Shown here: positions 8,756-16,689 of the stretch, in pieces
Layout: each line of letters begins with the position of its first letter
How positions within the stretch are numbered: position 1 is the stretch's first letter
Virus record (IMG/VR): IMGVR_UViG_3300042896_000260
Span: 1 to 57,381 of that record
From: a virus
Taxonomy: Duplodnaviria > Caudoviricetes
Direction: 5' to 3' (one strand)
Length of the DNA stretch: 57,381 bases
Notes under the pieces: model-generated
Seen by the model: only the letters and a program-made list of their open reading frames with translations
Told to the model about the DNA's origin: nothing
Databases searched by the model: none
Made by a program: the position numbers and the translations under genes

Positions 8756-9929
8756 TGCCCCGATGTCCTTCGTGGACCTGATGCGCGGCGTGAGCAAGGT
8801 GCACAAGGGTCTCGCCGAGAGCGTGCCCGGTGCCAAACGCATTCCGCAGGAGATGTCCTCCAAGGTCGAGAAGATGATGCCGACGGAGGTGCTCGAGGAG
8901 TACAACCGGCGAAAGATGTTCGGCCAGACCTCCACCGGCGAGCCCTACCGTGGCGTGATCCGCGAGTCGATCGGGGAGGCACCGGGTACCGGCGGGCGTC
9001 TGCCGAAGAGAGGGCATCTTCTCGTGGTGCCGGAGTCCAAGGCTAGCCGCTACGCGCAGGGGCTCGAGCCCATGGCGGGCGTCAGCGACATGCGATTCAA
9101 GCGCTACCAGAACATGGGAGCCGAGCCGCCGCTGACCGCCTATACCTTGGGCGATGTCGACCAGATGAAGATGGCCGGTCAGCCGAAGGCCGACATCTTT
9201 GACATTAACGCACTCGACATCGGACGTGGCATGGGGCCGATGCAGTACCGTGCGATGTACGACATGATCAACGCGGGCGGCGACGTGAATCAGGCGTCGT
9301 TCCTGACCGACATCAACGTGCTGCGGCGTCTGGGCAACGTGGCACCGCTGTATCTGGACGACCCCGCCCGCGTGGCCCATCGCGGTATCATGCCGATCAG
9401 CGAGTCGCCAAAGCCCGCCGGGTCTTACAGTCAGCAATTGTTCTCACAGCCGATCTCCTCGAAAGGTGGGGAGCAGTACGCTCTGCAGAAACTGTTCGAG
9501 GACTACGACGATTTGGTCGATGAGGCGATGACCATGCAACCCCGCGACCTGCGTGGCATGAGCCCCGACGTCATGGCCGGGTTGCTTTACTCACGCGAGG
9601 CGCAGTTGAACAAGGCGTACGGTCCGGAGTCGCAAGGCGGTATGATGGCGCTGCCTCAGCACCTGGGGAACAAGGACGTATTGTTCCGTCTGACGGAGCC
9701 CTACCGTTCTGCGGCTGCACGAGTTAACGAGACTGGCGTGCGTGCCGGCATCGGACCCCACACACTCGGGCGTGCTCGCACCACCGAAGAGGCGATCTAC
9801 CGGATGTTGCGTCAGGGTTCGGACCCGGACGACATCGCGAACGACCTGCTGCGCGAGATGCGCGGAGAGACCGGCGGCATGAAGGGACGCTATGCAAAAG
9901 GGGGACTCGCAAGTGCACTCCAAGGTTGA
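8745..9929 (+). CDS. Hypothetical protein (394 aa) ending in a YAKGG motif
   Basis: GAGGTG RBS; no recognisable family; C-terminal GRYAKGGLASALQG. Confidence 0.75.
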   Translation: MAGNAPMSFVDLMRGVSKVHKGLAESVPGAKRIPQEMSSKVEKMMPTEVLEEYNRRKMFGQTSTGEPYRGVIRESIGEAPGTGGRLPKRGHLLVVPESKASRYAQGLEPMAGVSDMRFKRYQNMGAEPPLTAYTLGDVDQMKMAGQPKADIFDINALDIGRGMGPMQYRAMYDMINAGGDVNQASFLTDINVLRRLGNVAPLYLDDPARVAHRGIMPISESPKPAGSYSQQLFSQPISSKGGEQYALQKLFEDYDDLVDEAMTMQPRDLRGMSPDVMAGLLYSREAQLNKAYGPESQGGMMALPQHLGNKDVLFRLTEPYRSAAARVNETGVRAGIGPHTLGRARTTEEAIYRMLRQGSDPDDIANDLLREMRGETGGMKGRYAKGGLASALQG

Positions 9930-10185
9930 CATCACCACAATCGTGGACGAGCGGGGCTCGCAGTACGGCGATTTCGCCGAGCAGGGGCAGATCGCTCAGG
10001 CGCTGAAGGACTACATGCGCGAGCACATCGGGTGGGACCGGCTGAGTGCCCATCAGCGCGAGGCGCTCGACATGATCATGCACAAGGTCTCCCGCATTCT
10101 GAACGGGAACCCGAACCACAAAGACTCCTGGGTCGACATCGAGGGTTACGCCCATATCGTGGCGATCAGGATACCGGGGGATTGA
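9913..10185 (+). CDS. DUF6378-like protein
   Basis: ERGSQYGDF...KVSRILNGNPNHKDSWVDIEGYA; start codon uncertain (GTG 9913 chosen). Confidence 0.7.
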   Translation: MHSKVDITTIVDERGSQYGDFAEQGQIAQALKDYMREHIGWDRLSAHQREALDMIMHKVSRILNGNPNHKDSWVDIEGYAHIVAIRIPGD

Positions 10186-10225
10186 CAAGGGTATAGCACC
10201 GGTGTTATACTTCAGGTACTGGATC
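10182..10225 (+). promoter_or_regulatory. Early promoter repeat copy 1
   Basis: TTGACA-18 bp-TATACT; 34 bp (10192-10225) identical to 12541-12574. Confidence 0.85.
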
Positions 10226-10256
10226 TTCCCAGTGAAACACATAGAGGACACGCCAA

Positions 10257-10541
10257 ATGGCACAAGTTGCAAGCATCATCACCGAGTCCATGGTCGACGA
10301 GTTGGCGCAAGTGCGCGACCAGTTGAAGGCACTGGAGGCCCGCGAGAAGTTCCTCAAGGAGCAATTCCGCAACGAGGGCGCGGGCACCTATCGTGGCCGT
10401 CACTACCAGATCGAGATCGTGTTCACGACGCAGAAGAACACGGACATGGACGCGGTGCGGGCAGAATTGGGGGCCGCATGGATCGCGTCACACTACAAGA
10501 CCATCGAGAAGATGAACATTCGCCAGATGGAACTCGTATGA
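10257..10541 (+). CDS. Small coiled-coil hypothetical protein
   Basis: ATAGAGGAC RBS; VDELAQVRDQLKALEAREKFLK. Confidence 0.75.
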   Translation: MAQVASIITESMVDELAQVRDQLKALEAREKFLKEQFRNEGAGTYRGRHYQIEIVFTTQKNTDMDAVRAELGAAWIASHYKTIEKMNIRQMELV

Positions 10542-10771
10542 AAGAGATCTACACCACCAAGACGGGGGTGAAGATTGGCCTCGCCTACGAGCGCCCCTTG
10601 CGATTTACCGTTGGTCAAGACATGGAGCGCCTACAGACGGCGCTTCTCAGCCAGAGGAGAAAGATTATGCCGAACATGAGTACTCAGCACCTAGTCGACA
10701 TCTTGTGTTGGATTCTGGCGGTCGTTGCCCTGGTCGGCATGTTCGCCATAGGCAGTCACGTCTTCGCGTGA
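10538..10771 (+). CDS. Hypothetical membrane protein
   Basis: ATGA overlap; C-terminal hydrophobic helix ILCWILAVVALVGMFAIG. Confidence 0.65.
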   Translation: MKEIYTTKTGVKIGLAYERPLRFTVGQDMERLQTALLSQRRKIMPNMSTQHLVDILCWILAVVALVGMFAIGSHVFA

Positions 10772-10820
10772 TATGATCGGAATGCCGGGTTCATCTCCGC
10801 CCGGTGCAGAAGCCATTAAC

Positions 10821-10846
10821 AGGAGCCCTCCGGGGCTCCTCTTTTT
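10821..10846 (+). terminator. Intrinsic terminator
   Basis: AGGAGCCC-tccg-GGGCTCCT stem followed by CTTTTT. Confidence 0.75.
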
Positions 10847-10861
10847 ACATAGAGGACCAAA

Positions 10862-11620
10862 ATGAGCCGAATCGTGTGGACCAAAGCCGAGAAAGCGCTG
10901 ATCTCGGACGAACTCGAGCGTATTTTCGCATCGATGCCCTGGAAGACCAATCTCGATGCCCTGCGAGAGGCGCAGCGAGTCCTGCCCGCAGCGAGGCATA
11001 TAGTAGTAAACCACGGCAGGGCGTGGAGCCACAAGGAGAGGATCCGTCTGGCGCGCGCTGCTGCGGGGCAGGTGCTCAAGAAGCGAGCCGAGGCCGAGAA
11101 GACCCGCAAGGAGGCGTTCGAGGTGGCCGTCGCTACTGGGATAGCCCGACCCGTGCAGGAGCCCAAGGAAGGTACCACGGCGAGGCTCGCTCGGGTATTC
11201 GACGAGATCCTGGACATCCTGGCCGACAAGGTGGCGCAGCGGCTGCAGCAACCGGGGGTCTCGATCAGCACGAAGGCCATGCCGCTGCCCGAGCGGGTCA
11301 AGCACAACCCCGAGCCGCCCAGTGCACCCCGCGTGGCCAAGACCGGCGTGCTCGTGATCGGGCTCCTGGGCGATCGGGTCGAGGCGTTGCCTATCTACAA
11401 CACCCTGGACATCACGTTCCTACCGACCGAACAAGCGCTGTCGAAAGACTACGTGAAGCGTGCCTACACGATCCTGATGACGAAATTCATCAATCACGCG
11501 GTGCAGGACAAATACCGAAAGGCCAACAACCTGCACTACTGCAACGGCGGCACGAGCGACCTAGCGAGAATCCTGATCTCGATCGCCGTCAAGGAGGATA
11601 TGGATCTTGCAAGGGTATAG
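10862..11620 (+). CDS. Hypothetical protein with a possible DUF2325-like C-terminal domain
   Basis: ATAGAGGAC RBS; ILMTKFINH...GGTSDL; family assignment weak. Confidence 0.65.
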   Translation: MSRIVWTKAEKALISDELERIFASMPWKTNLDALREAQRVLPAARHIVVNHGRAWSHKERIRLARAAAGQVLKKRAEAEKTRKEAFEVAVATGIARPVQEPKEGTTARLARVFDEILDILADKVAQRLQQPGVSISTKAMPLPERVKHNPEPPSAPRVAKTGVLVIGLLGDRVEALPIYNTLDITFLPTEQALSKDYVKRAYTILMTKFINHAVQDKYRKANNLHYCNGGTSDLARILISIAVKEDMDLARV

Positions 11621-11635
11621 CACCCGTGTTATAAT
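11607..11635 (+). promoter_or_regulatory. Early promoter with GCACCCGTG box
   Basis: TTGCAA-17 bp-TATAAT; shares AAGGGTATAGCACC with the 10182 copy. Confidence 0.8.
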
Positions 11636-11666
11636 GGGTTTCCATCAACTGATAGAGGACAGCAAA

Positions 11667-11876
11667 ATGGTCAAGACTACTGAATTCCGATTCGCTTCCG
11701 GTGCCGAGGCCGTCGCCCATTTCTACAAGCAGGGCTTTGAGACCATCGAGTGGGTCAAGACTGAGGACGGGTCGCCCGACGTGCGCGTCATGGACGACGG
11801 CATCAACATCGTGCAGATCCGTCGCGCCGAAATGCTCGATTGGGTGGCCACGCTGATCGAAGTGGAGGGCATCTGA
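11667..11876 (+). CDS. Hypothetical protein
   Basis: ATG after ATAGAGGAC RBS. Confidence 0.7.
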   Translation: MVKTTEFRFASGAEAVAHFYKQGFETIEWVKTEDGSPDVRVMDDGINIVQIRRAEMLDWVATLIEVEGI

Positions 11877-11877
11877 C

Positions 11878-12108
11878 ATGGTGGCGCACGCTCTGCGCCT
11901 GGGGCGCTACACCGAGATCGCCGGATCGGTGCGTGGGAAGTTCAAGACATACACCGACGGGCAGTTGTCGTTCGCCTACAACGACATCGTGCAGACCATC
12001 TCGATCATGGGCGACTCGATCGACCCTGAGTATGCCACTAAGCTCGACGCCGAGATGGACGAAATCCTGACTGAGATGAGCAAGCGTATGAAAGGAGCCA
12101 AGAAATGA
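11878..12108 (+). CDS. Hypothetical protein
   Basis: GGAGG RBS; tightly packed in the operon. Confidence 0.65.
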   Translation: MVAHALRLGRYTEIAGSVRGKFKTYTDGQLSFAYNDIVQTISIMGDSIDPEYATKLDAEMDEILTEMSKRMKGAKK

Positions 12109-12245
12109 CACGCGACGAATTCCTGCGACTGTTGGCCGAGTGGATCGAGCGCGAGGCCGCGCAGCACCCCGATTCTGATGACGCCGAGCCCTTGCGTGCA
12201 GCGGGCGACCGCCTTGTAGACGAAGCCCTGGAGTACGTGCCATGA
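12105..12245 (+). CDS. Small hypothetical protein (46 aa, not in the ORF track)
   Basis: AAGGAG RBS and ATGA overlaps at both ends; MTRDEFLRLLAEWIERE...EYVP. Confidence 0.6.
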   Translation: MTRDEFLRLLAEWIEREAAQHPDSDDAEPLRAAGDRLVDEALEYVP

Positions 12246-12526
12246 ACATCCCCGAGCGCACCCTTGACCTGATCGACGAACTCGCCAATCACGGATTTCA
12301 GCCCCGGTCGTATTCGGGGCGTTTCATGAACGGCAAGAAATGCGTGGCGTGCGTGATGCCGTGGAACAGCGGCTACACACTGGACGACTTTCCGCAGGAG
12401 GGCCAGATCTGGGACAATCTCGGTCTGGACACGATCATCTACTGGCCCGGGCACGAGTGGACGCCCGCCGTCGAGAAATACGTCGAGACGGTCTTTGACC
12501 CTTCCGGTGATGGGGTCAACGAGTAA
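12242..12526 (+). CDS. Hypothetical protein
   Basis: RSYSGRFMNGKKC...DNLGLDTIIYWP; coupled to the upstream ORF. Confidence 0.7.
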   Translation: MNIPERTLDLIDELANHGFQPRSYSGRFMNGKKCVACVMPWNSGYTLDDFPQEGQIWDNLGLDTIIYWPGHEWTPAVEKYVETVFDPSGDGVNE

Positions 12527-12530
12527 ATAA

Positions 12531-12574
12531 TTGACAATACTATAGCACCGGTGTTATACTTCAGGTACTGGATC
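12531..12574 (+). promoter_or_regulatory. Early promoter repeat copy 2
   Basis: TTGACA-18 bp-TATACT; 34-bp identity with 10192-10225. Confidence 0.85.
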
Positions 12575-12619
12575 GCGAAACGACCAGTAATCATCAACCC
12601 GACATAGAGGACAGACATC

Positions 12620-13135
12620 ATGACCAAGATCGCCATCATCAAGAGCACCAACGAGCAAGTGACCGTTCTGTCGGTCACCGGTGGTTGGACCACGGTTCGC
12701 GACCAAGCCGGCACCGAGAAGAAGGTGCGCAATGGCGCACTGACTGAGCCGGTCGAAATCACCGCCCCGACCACCGCGAAGCTCGTGAAGGCAAAGGCCG
12801 AGAAAGTGGCAAAGGAGCCCAAGGCACCCCGCGCCAAGAAGCCCCTGAATGAGCGTCTGAATGGCGTGGTCGAGTCCCTGTACCTGCAGTTCTACCAGGG
12901 CTACACCACCACCCGCAAGGACGGCACGAAGGTCCGCTCGATGGACAAGGGCGACAGCGTGGCCCAGTCGCTGCGCGGTCTGTCGATGGACGAGGTGTAC
13001 AAGCACGCCGCCAAGATCACGCACATCGGCGTGGCCGACCTGACCTCGCGATTCGCGCACCTGAACCCCGGCATGCAGCGCATGAACCTGGGCAACATGA
13101 TCCGCAAGTCCATGAAGGAGCAGGCAAATGTCTGA
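12620..13135 (+). CDS. Basic hypothetical protein
   Basis: ATAGAGGAC RBS; C-terminal HLNPGMQRMNLGNMIRK. Confidence 0.78.
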   Translation: MTKIAIIKSTNEQVTVLSVTGGWTTVRDQAGTEKKVRNGALTEPVEITAPTTAKLVKAKAEKVAKEPKAPRAKKPLNERLNGVVESLYLQFYQGYTTTRKDGTKVRSMDKGDSVAQSLRGLSMDEVYKHAAKITHIGVADLTSRFAHLNPGMQRMNLGNMIRKSMKEQANV

Positions 13136-13358
13136 TATCTACTCGATCACCTTCTGGCTTCGTAACTTCGGCTACTCCACCTACCAAGTTACGAACGCTG
13201 ATGACGCCCTGCACGCGATGAACGTTCTGGTCGACATGTTCGAGAACAAGGAGCGCGTGCACATCAAAGACTTCAAGATTCGCGAAGTCAAGATCGTGCA
13301 CAAGATCGACACCGACTGGCCGTGGATCGACGCCGCGCAGGAGCAAGCAAATGCCTAA
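13128..13358 (+). CDS. Hypothetical protein
   Basis: AGGAG RBS; overlapping start. Confidence 0.65.
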   Translation: MSDIYSITFWLRNFGYSTYQVTNADDALHAMNVLVDMFENKERVHIKDFKIREVKIVHKIDTDWPWIDAAQEQANA

Positions 13359-13557
13359 GGCACGCATCAAGATCACGACCGGCGAATTCGAGGGGCTGAT
13401 GCTCCTCGAAGGACGGCATATTCGGTTCACCACCAAAGTGCACCAGTTCGGGACCGACGCGGAGTTCAGCAAGCTCCTGCCCGAGGACCCGGAAGTCGAC
13501 GTGTGGAAGGCGTTCAAGGCGCTTGATACCTGGATCGACGAGAACATGAGAGGCTGA
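13351..13557 (+). CDS. Hypothetical protein
   Basis: AGGAG RBS; overlapping start. Confidence 0.65.
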   Translation: MPKARIKITTGEFEGLMLLEGRHIRFTTKVHQFGTDAEFSKLLPEDPEVDVWKAFKALDTWIDENMRG

Positions 13558-13558
13558 C

Positions 13559-13678
13559 ATGAAGTGGCTCGGTGACTTGTTCGCCCTGGCCTGGGCGGTG
13601 TCTGTGGTGCTTGTGGTCTTCCTCGGGCCATTCGTCGCGTTGGCAATACTGATCAGTTACTTGTGGGGGATGCTATGA
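13559..13678 (+). CDS. Small hydrophobic membrane peptide (39 aa, not in the ORF track)
   Basis: GAGG RBS; MKWLGDLFALAWAVSVVLVVFLGPFVALAILISYLWGML. Confidence 0.55.
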   Translation: MKWLGDLFALAWAVSVVLVVFLGPFVALAILISYLWGML

Positions 13679-13902
13679 GCCTACGAGAAGCAGCGCAGCA
13701 GGCGCTTGAGGCGTTGGAAGACATCGCCGACGAGTTGATTTCCCCATACAACGATCCCATTGGCAAAGCAATCCTCGAACTCCGCACCGCGCTCACAGTG
13801 CCAGGAAACGACTACGAACGGGGCTTTGTGGACGGTATGTCCCATCAGGCCAAGTCCAGTGTGGATAGGGCTGTAAATGCGATGGCAAGGGGGCAGGAAT
13901 GA
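13675..13902 (+). CDS. Hypothetical protein
   Basis: MSLREAAQQALEALE...; ATGA overlap. Confidence 0.65.
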   Translation: MSLREAAQQALEALEDIADELISPYNDPIGKAILELRTALTVPGNDYERGFVDGMSHQAKSSVDRAVNAMARGQE

Positions 13903-14258
13903 CCCGCGACGACATCATCCGCATGGCAGAGGAGTGCGGCATACCTGAGTTTGAGAACAACGAGTCTCAGGCAGACAACATCCTGCGCTTTGCCGCCCTT
14001 GTTGCCGCTGCCGAGCGAGAGAAGGTAGCCAGGTGGATGATGGGGCGTGGTTACGCCACGGGCCACGGCGACACCATAGAAGACCTGCTGCAAGAACTTG
14101 ATTGGCAGATTGCTGAAAACTGGAATAGGGCGCTGATCAATGGAATCACGACCGAGCGTGAGGCGTGTGCAAAGGTGTGCGAAACGTACGATCACGCTGA
14201 CCCGCTTGGCGTATCTACTGAGTGCGCCGCAGCCATCAGAGCAAGGGGGCAGGAATGA
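13899..14258 (+). CDS. Hypothetical protein flanked by 18-bp direct repeats
   Basis: MTRDDIIRMA...RFAALVAAAERE...EREACAKVCE...AAIRARG. Confidence 0.7.
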   Translation: MTRDDIIRMAEECGIPEFENNESQADNILRFAALVAAAEREKVARWMMGRGYATGHGDTIEDLLQELDWQIAENWNRALINGITTEREACAKVCETYDHADPLGVSTECAAAIRARGQE

Positions 14259-14395
14259 ACTGGCCCTTCCCTCCCCCTGGTGGCCCGAAGCCACCCGACC
14301 CGCGCGAAATGCGCCAGTGGGAGCGACGTCAAAGGCAGAACGACCGACAGGAGCGGCAGCGCGAACGTGACCGGATGCCCCCGGCACCCTTCTGA
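14255..14395 (+). CDS. Small Pro/Arg-rich peptide (46 aa, not in the ORF track)
   Basis: ATGA overlap; MNWPFPPPGGP...MPPAPF. Confidence 0.55.
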   Translation: MNWPFPPPGGPKPPDPREMRQWERRQRQNDRQERQRERDRMPPAPF

Positions 14396-14405
14396 CGCGA
14401 AATAC

Positions 14406-14435
14406 TTGTGCAGTATATGGCACGGGTGTTATAAT
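14406..14435 (+). promoter_or_regulatory. Early promoter with GCACGGGTG box
   Basis: TTGTGC-18 bp-TATAAT with extended -10, followed by CATCAAC...ATAGAGGAC leader. Confidence 0.75.
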
Positions 14436-14470
14436 GTGTTCATCATCAACCGACCGATAGAGGACACGAA

Positions 14471-14674
14471 ATGACGCAAGATTACTCGCTCACCCTGCAA
14501 GACAGCACTGGTCGCACCACGACCCTGCATATCGATGGCGCATCGATCGACGAGGCGATCGCTTCCGGCGTCGAAGCCTGGGAGGCTAAGGAAAACGCCG
14601 AGTCTAATGCCTTCGGCAACGCCATCTCGAATGGCGTGATCGGCGATGACGCTTGGCTCGTCGCTCACGAATAA
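14471..14674 (+). CDS. Acidic hypothetical protein
   Basis: ATAGAGGAC RBS. Confidence 0.7.
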   Translation: MTQDYSLTLQDSTGRTTTLHIDGASIDEAIASGVEAWEAKENAESNAFGNAISNGVIGDDAWLVAHE

Positions 14675-14702
14675 TCCACCCACCACATAGAGGACACACA
14701 TC

Positions 14703-14921
14703 ATGGCACAGCCCCGACTGATCACCCTGGAATCCGACAAGACGTACGCCACCCGCGCCAACGCCATCAAGGCCGTCGAGAAGGCCTTCGCGGGCCACGA
14801 AGACGGCGACATCCTGCTGTACTTCGTGAACCAGGACGAGAAAGGCCGGTTCTTCCCGGTGTTCATCGGCGAGCGGGCGATCCGCAACATGGTCCATTTC
14901 CGCTTCAACGTGGTGGCCTGA
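14703..14921 (+). CDS. Hypothetical protein
   Basis: ATAGAGGAC RBS; KTYATRANAIKAVEK...GRFFPVF. Confidence 0.72.
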   Translation: MAQPRLITLESDKTYATRANAIKAVEKAFAGHEDGDILLYFVNQDEKGRFFPVFIGERAIRNMVHFRFNVVA

Positions 14922-14923
14922 TC

Positions 14924-15376
14924 ATGGCACACCCGATCCACGCAGTCATGACCGAACATTGCCCCCGGGGCACGGACGACCCGTGCTACGTGCCCTGGTG
15001 GGCGAAAGGTGAGTACGCCAGGAAGAACGGCACGAAATACACGACCGAGGAGGGCTCGGCGATCGATGCGGGCCGGGTCAAGACGGAAGGCCACGGGAGG
15101 CGTTCGGAGCCCGCGCCGGTATCTAAGTACCGCCCGGAACCCGAGAAGGCCACGGAGACCCCAAGGAAGGCTCAGGAGACCCCTTCGAGGGTGACCAGGA
15201 CCCTCCCGGTCACGACGGACGACCAAGCCGCCGAGTTAGTAGCCACTTACAGGGATCGGAAGGGGCGCGAGTTCCTGTGCAGGAAATACGGCCTGGACCC
15301 AGGGATTCTCGACGCCCCCAACGCCGGTATCCAATCGATGCGTCTGCGCAACGCGCTAAGGAAGGTGATCAGATGA
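14924..15376 (+). CDS. Hypothetical protein
   Basis: Operon packing; C-terminal PNAGIQSMRLRNALRK. Confidence 0.65.
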   Translation: MAHPIHAVMTEHCPRGTDDPCYVPWWAKGEYARKNGTKYTTEEGSAIDAGRVKTEGHGRRSEPAPVSKYRPEPEKATETPRKAQETPSRVTRTLPVTTDDQAAELVATYRDRKGREFLCRKYGLDPGILDAPNAGIQSMRLRNALRKVIR

Positions 15377-15672
15377 CACAGTGGTACGACATGTTCCTGC
15401 GGGGTGAGTATCAGGCGACGGTGTTCATGCCGTCCCCGGAGAAACTGGCGGAGTTCACCCGCCGATACAGCGAGTCGTACGCGGAGGAGACCGGGGAGCG
15501 AGAGCCATACCCCGAGGAGATCCGGTACGTGCAGCGCTCGTCGTTCAGCGGAGAGTACCTCACGACGCTCGACAGTCAGGGCGGGTATATCAGTAGCTAC
15601 CCCCCGGTCGAGAGCGTCTCCCGGGGCCACGGAGATACCTTCGCGGCGGACTCGGAAGGCGGGGAAGTATGA
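15373..15672 (+). CDS. Hypothetical protein
   Basis: AAGGTG RBS and ATGA overlap at 15373. Confidence 0.6.
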   Translation: MTQWYDMFLRGEYQATVFMPSPEKLAEFTRRYSESYAEETGEREPYPEEIRYVQRSSFSGEYLTTLDSQGGYISSYPPVESVSRGHGDTFAADSEGGEV

Positions 15673-16106
15673 GACTGCCCGAGCAGCGGCTGTGGGACTG
15701 GCTGCGCGACCGTCTGACCGGCAGGTGGTTCGCCGAGCGGGTCGAGAATCGGGTGATGGCCGGCACGCCGGACGTGTACTTCAGCCACCGCCTGGGGCGG
15801 GGGTGGATCGAACTCAAGGTGGTGAACAACTGGCCGCGCACCGAGGCAGCGAAATTCAAGATCCCGCACTGGACGCAGAACCAGAGGAACTGGATGCAAC
15901 AACACCACGCGCAGGGCGGCAAGTCGTGGCTCGTCGTGGGAATCGAGCACACCGGGGAGTTGCTGATACTGCCCGACACCCTGGCGCTGCGGGTGGTGGA
16001 CCACTGGACACAGGACGACATCCGACTGCACGCCAGGGGCGAAGGGATGCTGCAAGAGAAGAGAAAGACCGGGCCACAGGCACTGCTTGACGCGCTGCGA
16101 GGGTAG
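15669..16106 (+). CDS. PD-(D/E)XK nuclease (VRR-NUC / Holliday junction resolvase-like)
   Basis: RVEN...GTPDV...WIELK...Q..W...GG. Confidence 0.8.
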   Translation: MRLPEQRLWDWLRDRLTGRWFAERVENRVMAGTPDVYFSHRLGRGWIELKVVNNWPRTEAAKFKIPHWTQNQRNWMQQHHAQGGKSWLVVGIEHTGELLILPDTLALRVVDHWTQDDIRLHARGEGMLQEKRKTGPQALLDALRG

Positions 16107-16115
16107 TGGTTTAAT
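16087..16115 (+). promoter_or_regulatory. Putative sigma70 promoter facing a hairpin cluster and element A
   Basis: TTGACG-17 bp-TTTAAT with extended -10 TG. Confidence 0.5.
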
Positions 16116-16124
16116 CGAGTCCGA

Positions 16125-16183
16125 GGCAGAGTCTATGCTCTGCCCATCCCGTGCGCAACGCCGGGAAGACGGGGCCACCCGTC
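16125..16183 (+). ncRNA. Three consecutive GC hairpins; candidate structured leader or small RNA
   Basis: Stems GGCAGAG/CTCTGCC, TCCCG/CGGGA and GACGGG/CCCGTC immediately after the promoter. Confidence 0.3.
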
Positions 16184-16199
16184 CGGTGATAACGAGATC

Positions 16200-16560
16200 T
16201 GTTACACCGTTCCATCAAGATGTAACACAGATGTAACACGCTCTCCCAGTCGAGAGAAGGGGGTCGTGTTACATTGTTACATGCATACGCGGGGGAAGAA
16301 CTTTGGTTCGGAAACCAGAATATGGGGGGTATATGATGGAACGGGTACTACAATGTAACAACCTCACAAAAGCGAAGAAGGACGCGGGCTGTGGAAGGGT
16401 GGTCTGTTACATCTGTGTTACATCTCGATGTAACAGCATTAGGGACGACCCTAATATGACATTAGGGAGAACCCTAATATGAATGCTTCCAGACGTCCCG
16501 GACCCTTCCACCACCACATAGGCATTCACGATATTCTCTCGTGTACGTGCATGTAAGCAG
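16200..16560 (+). repeat. Element A: non-coding repeat-rich element, inverted homologue of 53335-53676 (candidate origin)
   Basis: Nine TGTAACA/TGTTACA heptamers and two ATTAGGG-N4-CCCTAAT palindromes; aligns to the reverse complement of element B. Confidence 0.9.
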
Positions 16561-16645
16561 TTAGCGGACGCTAACATCGGCGATAGTTTAAGCCTATCGG
16601 GTGGTGAAGGTCGATAGTTGGCTGAACCGGACTGGTAAGTAAGAC

Positions 16646-16682
16646 CACGGGTGTTGTAGCACGGGTGGGGTTGTGTTGTAAT
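16646..16682 (+). promoter_or_regulatory. Putative late-arm promoter with two CACGGGTG boxes
   Basis: CACGGGTG at 16646-16653 and 16660-16667; TTGTAG-17 bp-TGTAAT ending 7 nt before the terS ATG. Confidence 0.45.
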
Positions 16683-16689
16683 TCGCGCC

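Noticed and set aside
10202-10537. Upstream extensions of track ORFs (10202, 11607, 6385, 27176, 15277, 1726)
   Set aside because: They run through promoters or upstream genes; downstream ATGs with an RBS or coupled stops are better starts
7691-13678. 12-bp repeat GGGATGCTATGA at 7691-7702 and 13667-13678
   Set aside because: Short, far apart, and explainable as an RBS plus ATGA overlap
16200-16560. CRISPR array or tRNA in the repeat-rich intergenic regions
   Set aside because: Repeats are 7-mers in mixed orientation with no repeat-spacer period; no cloverleaf or T-loop consensus; no cas genes
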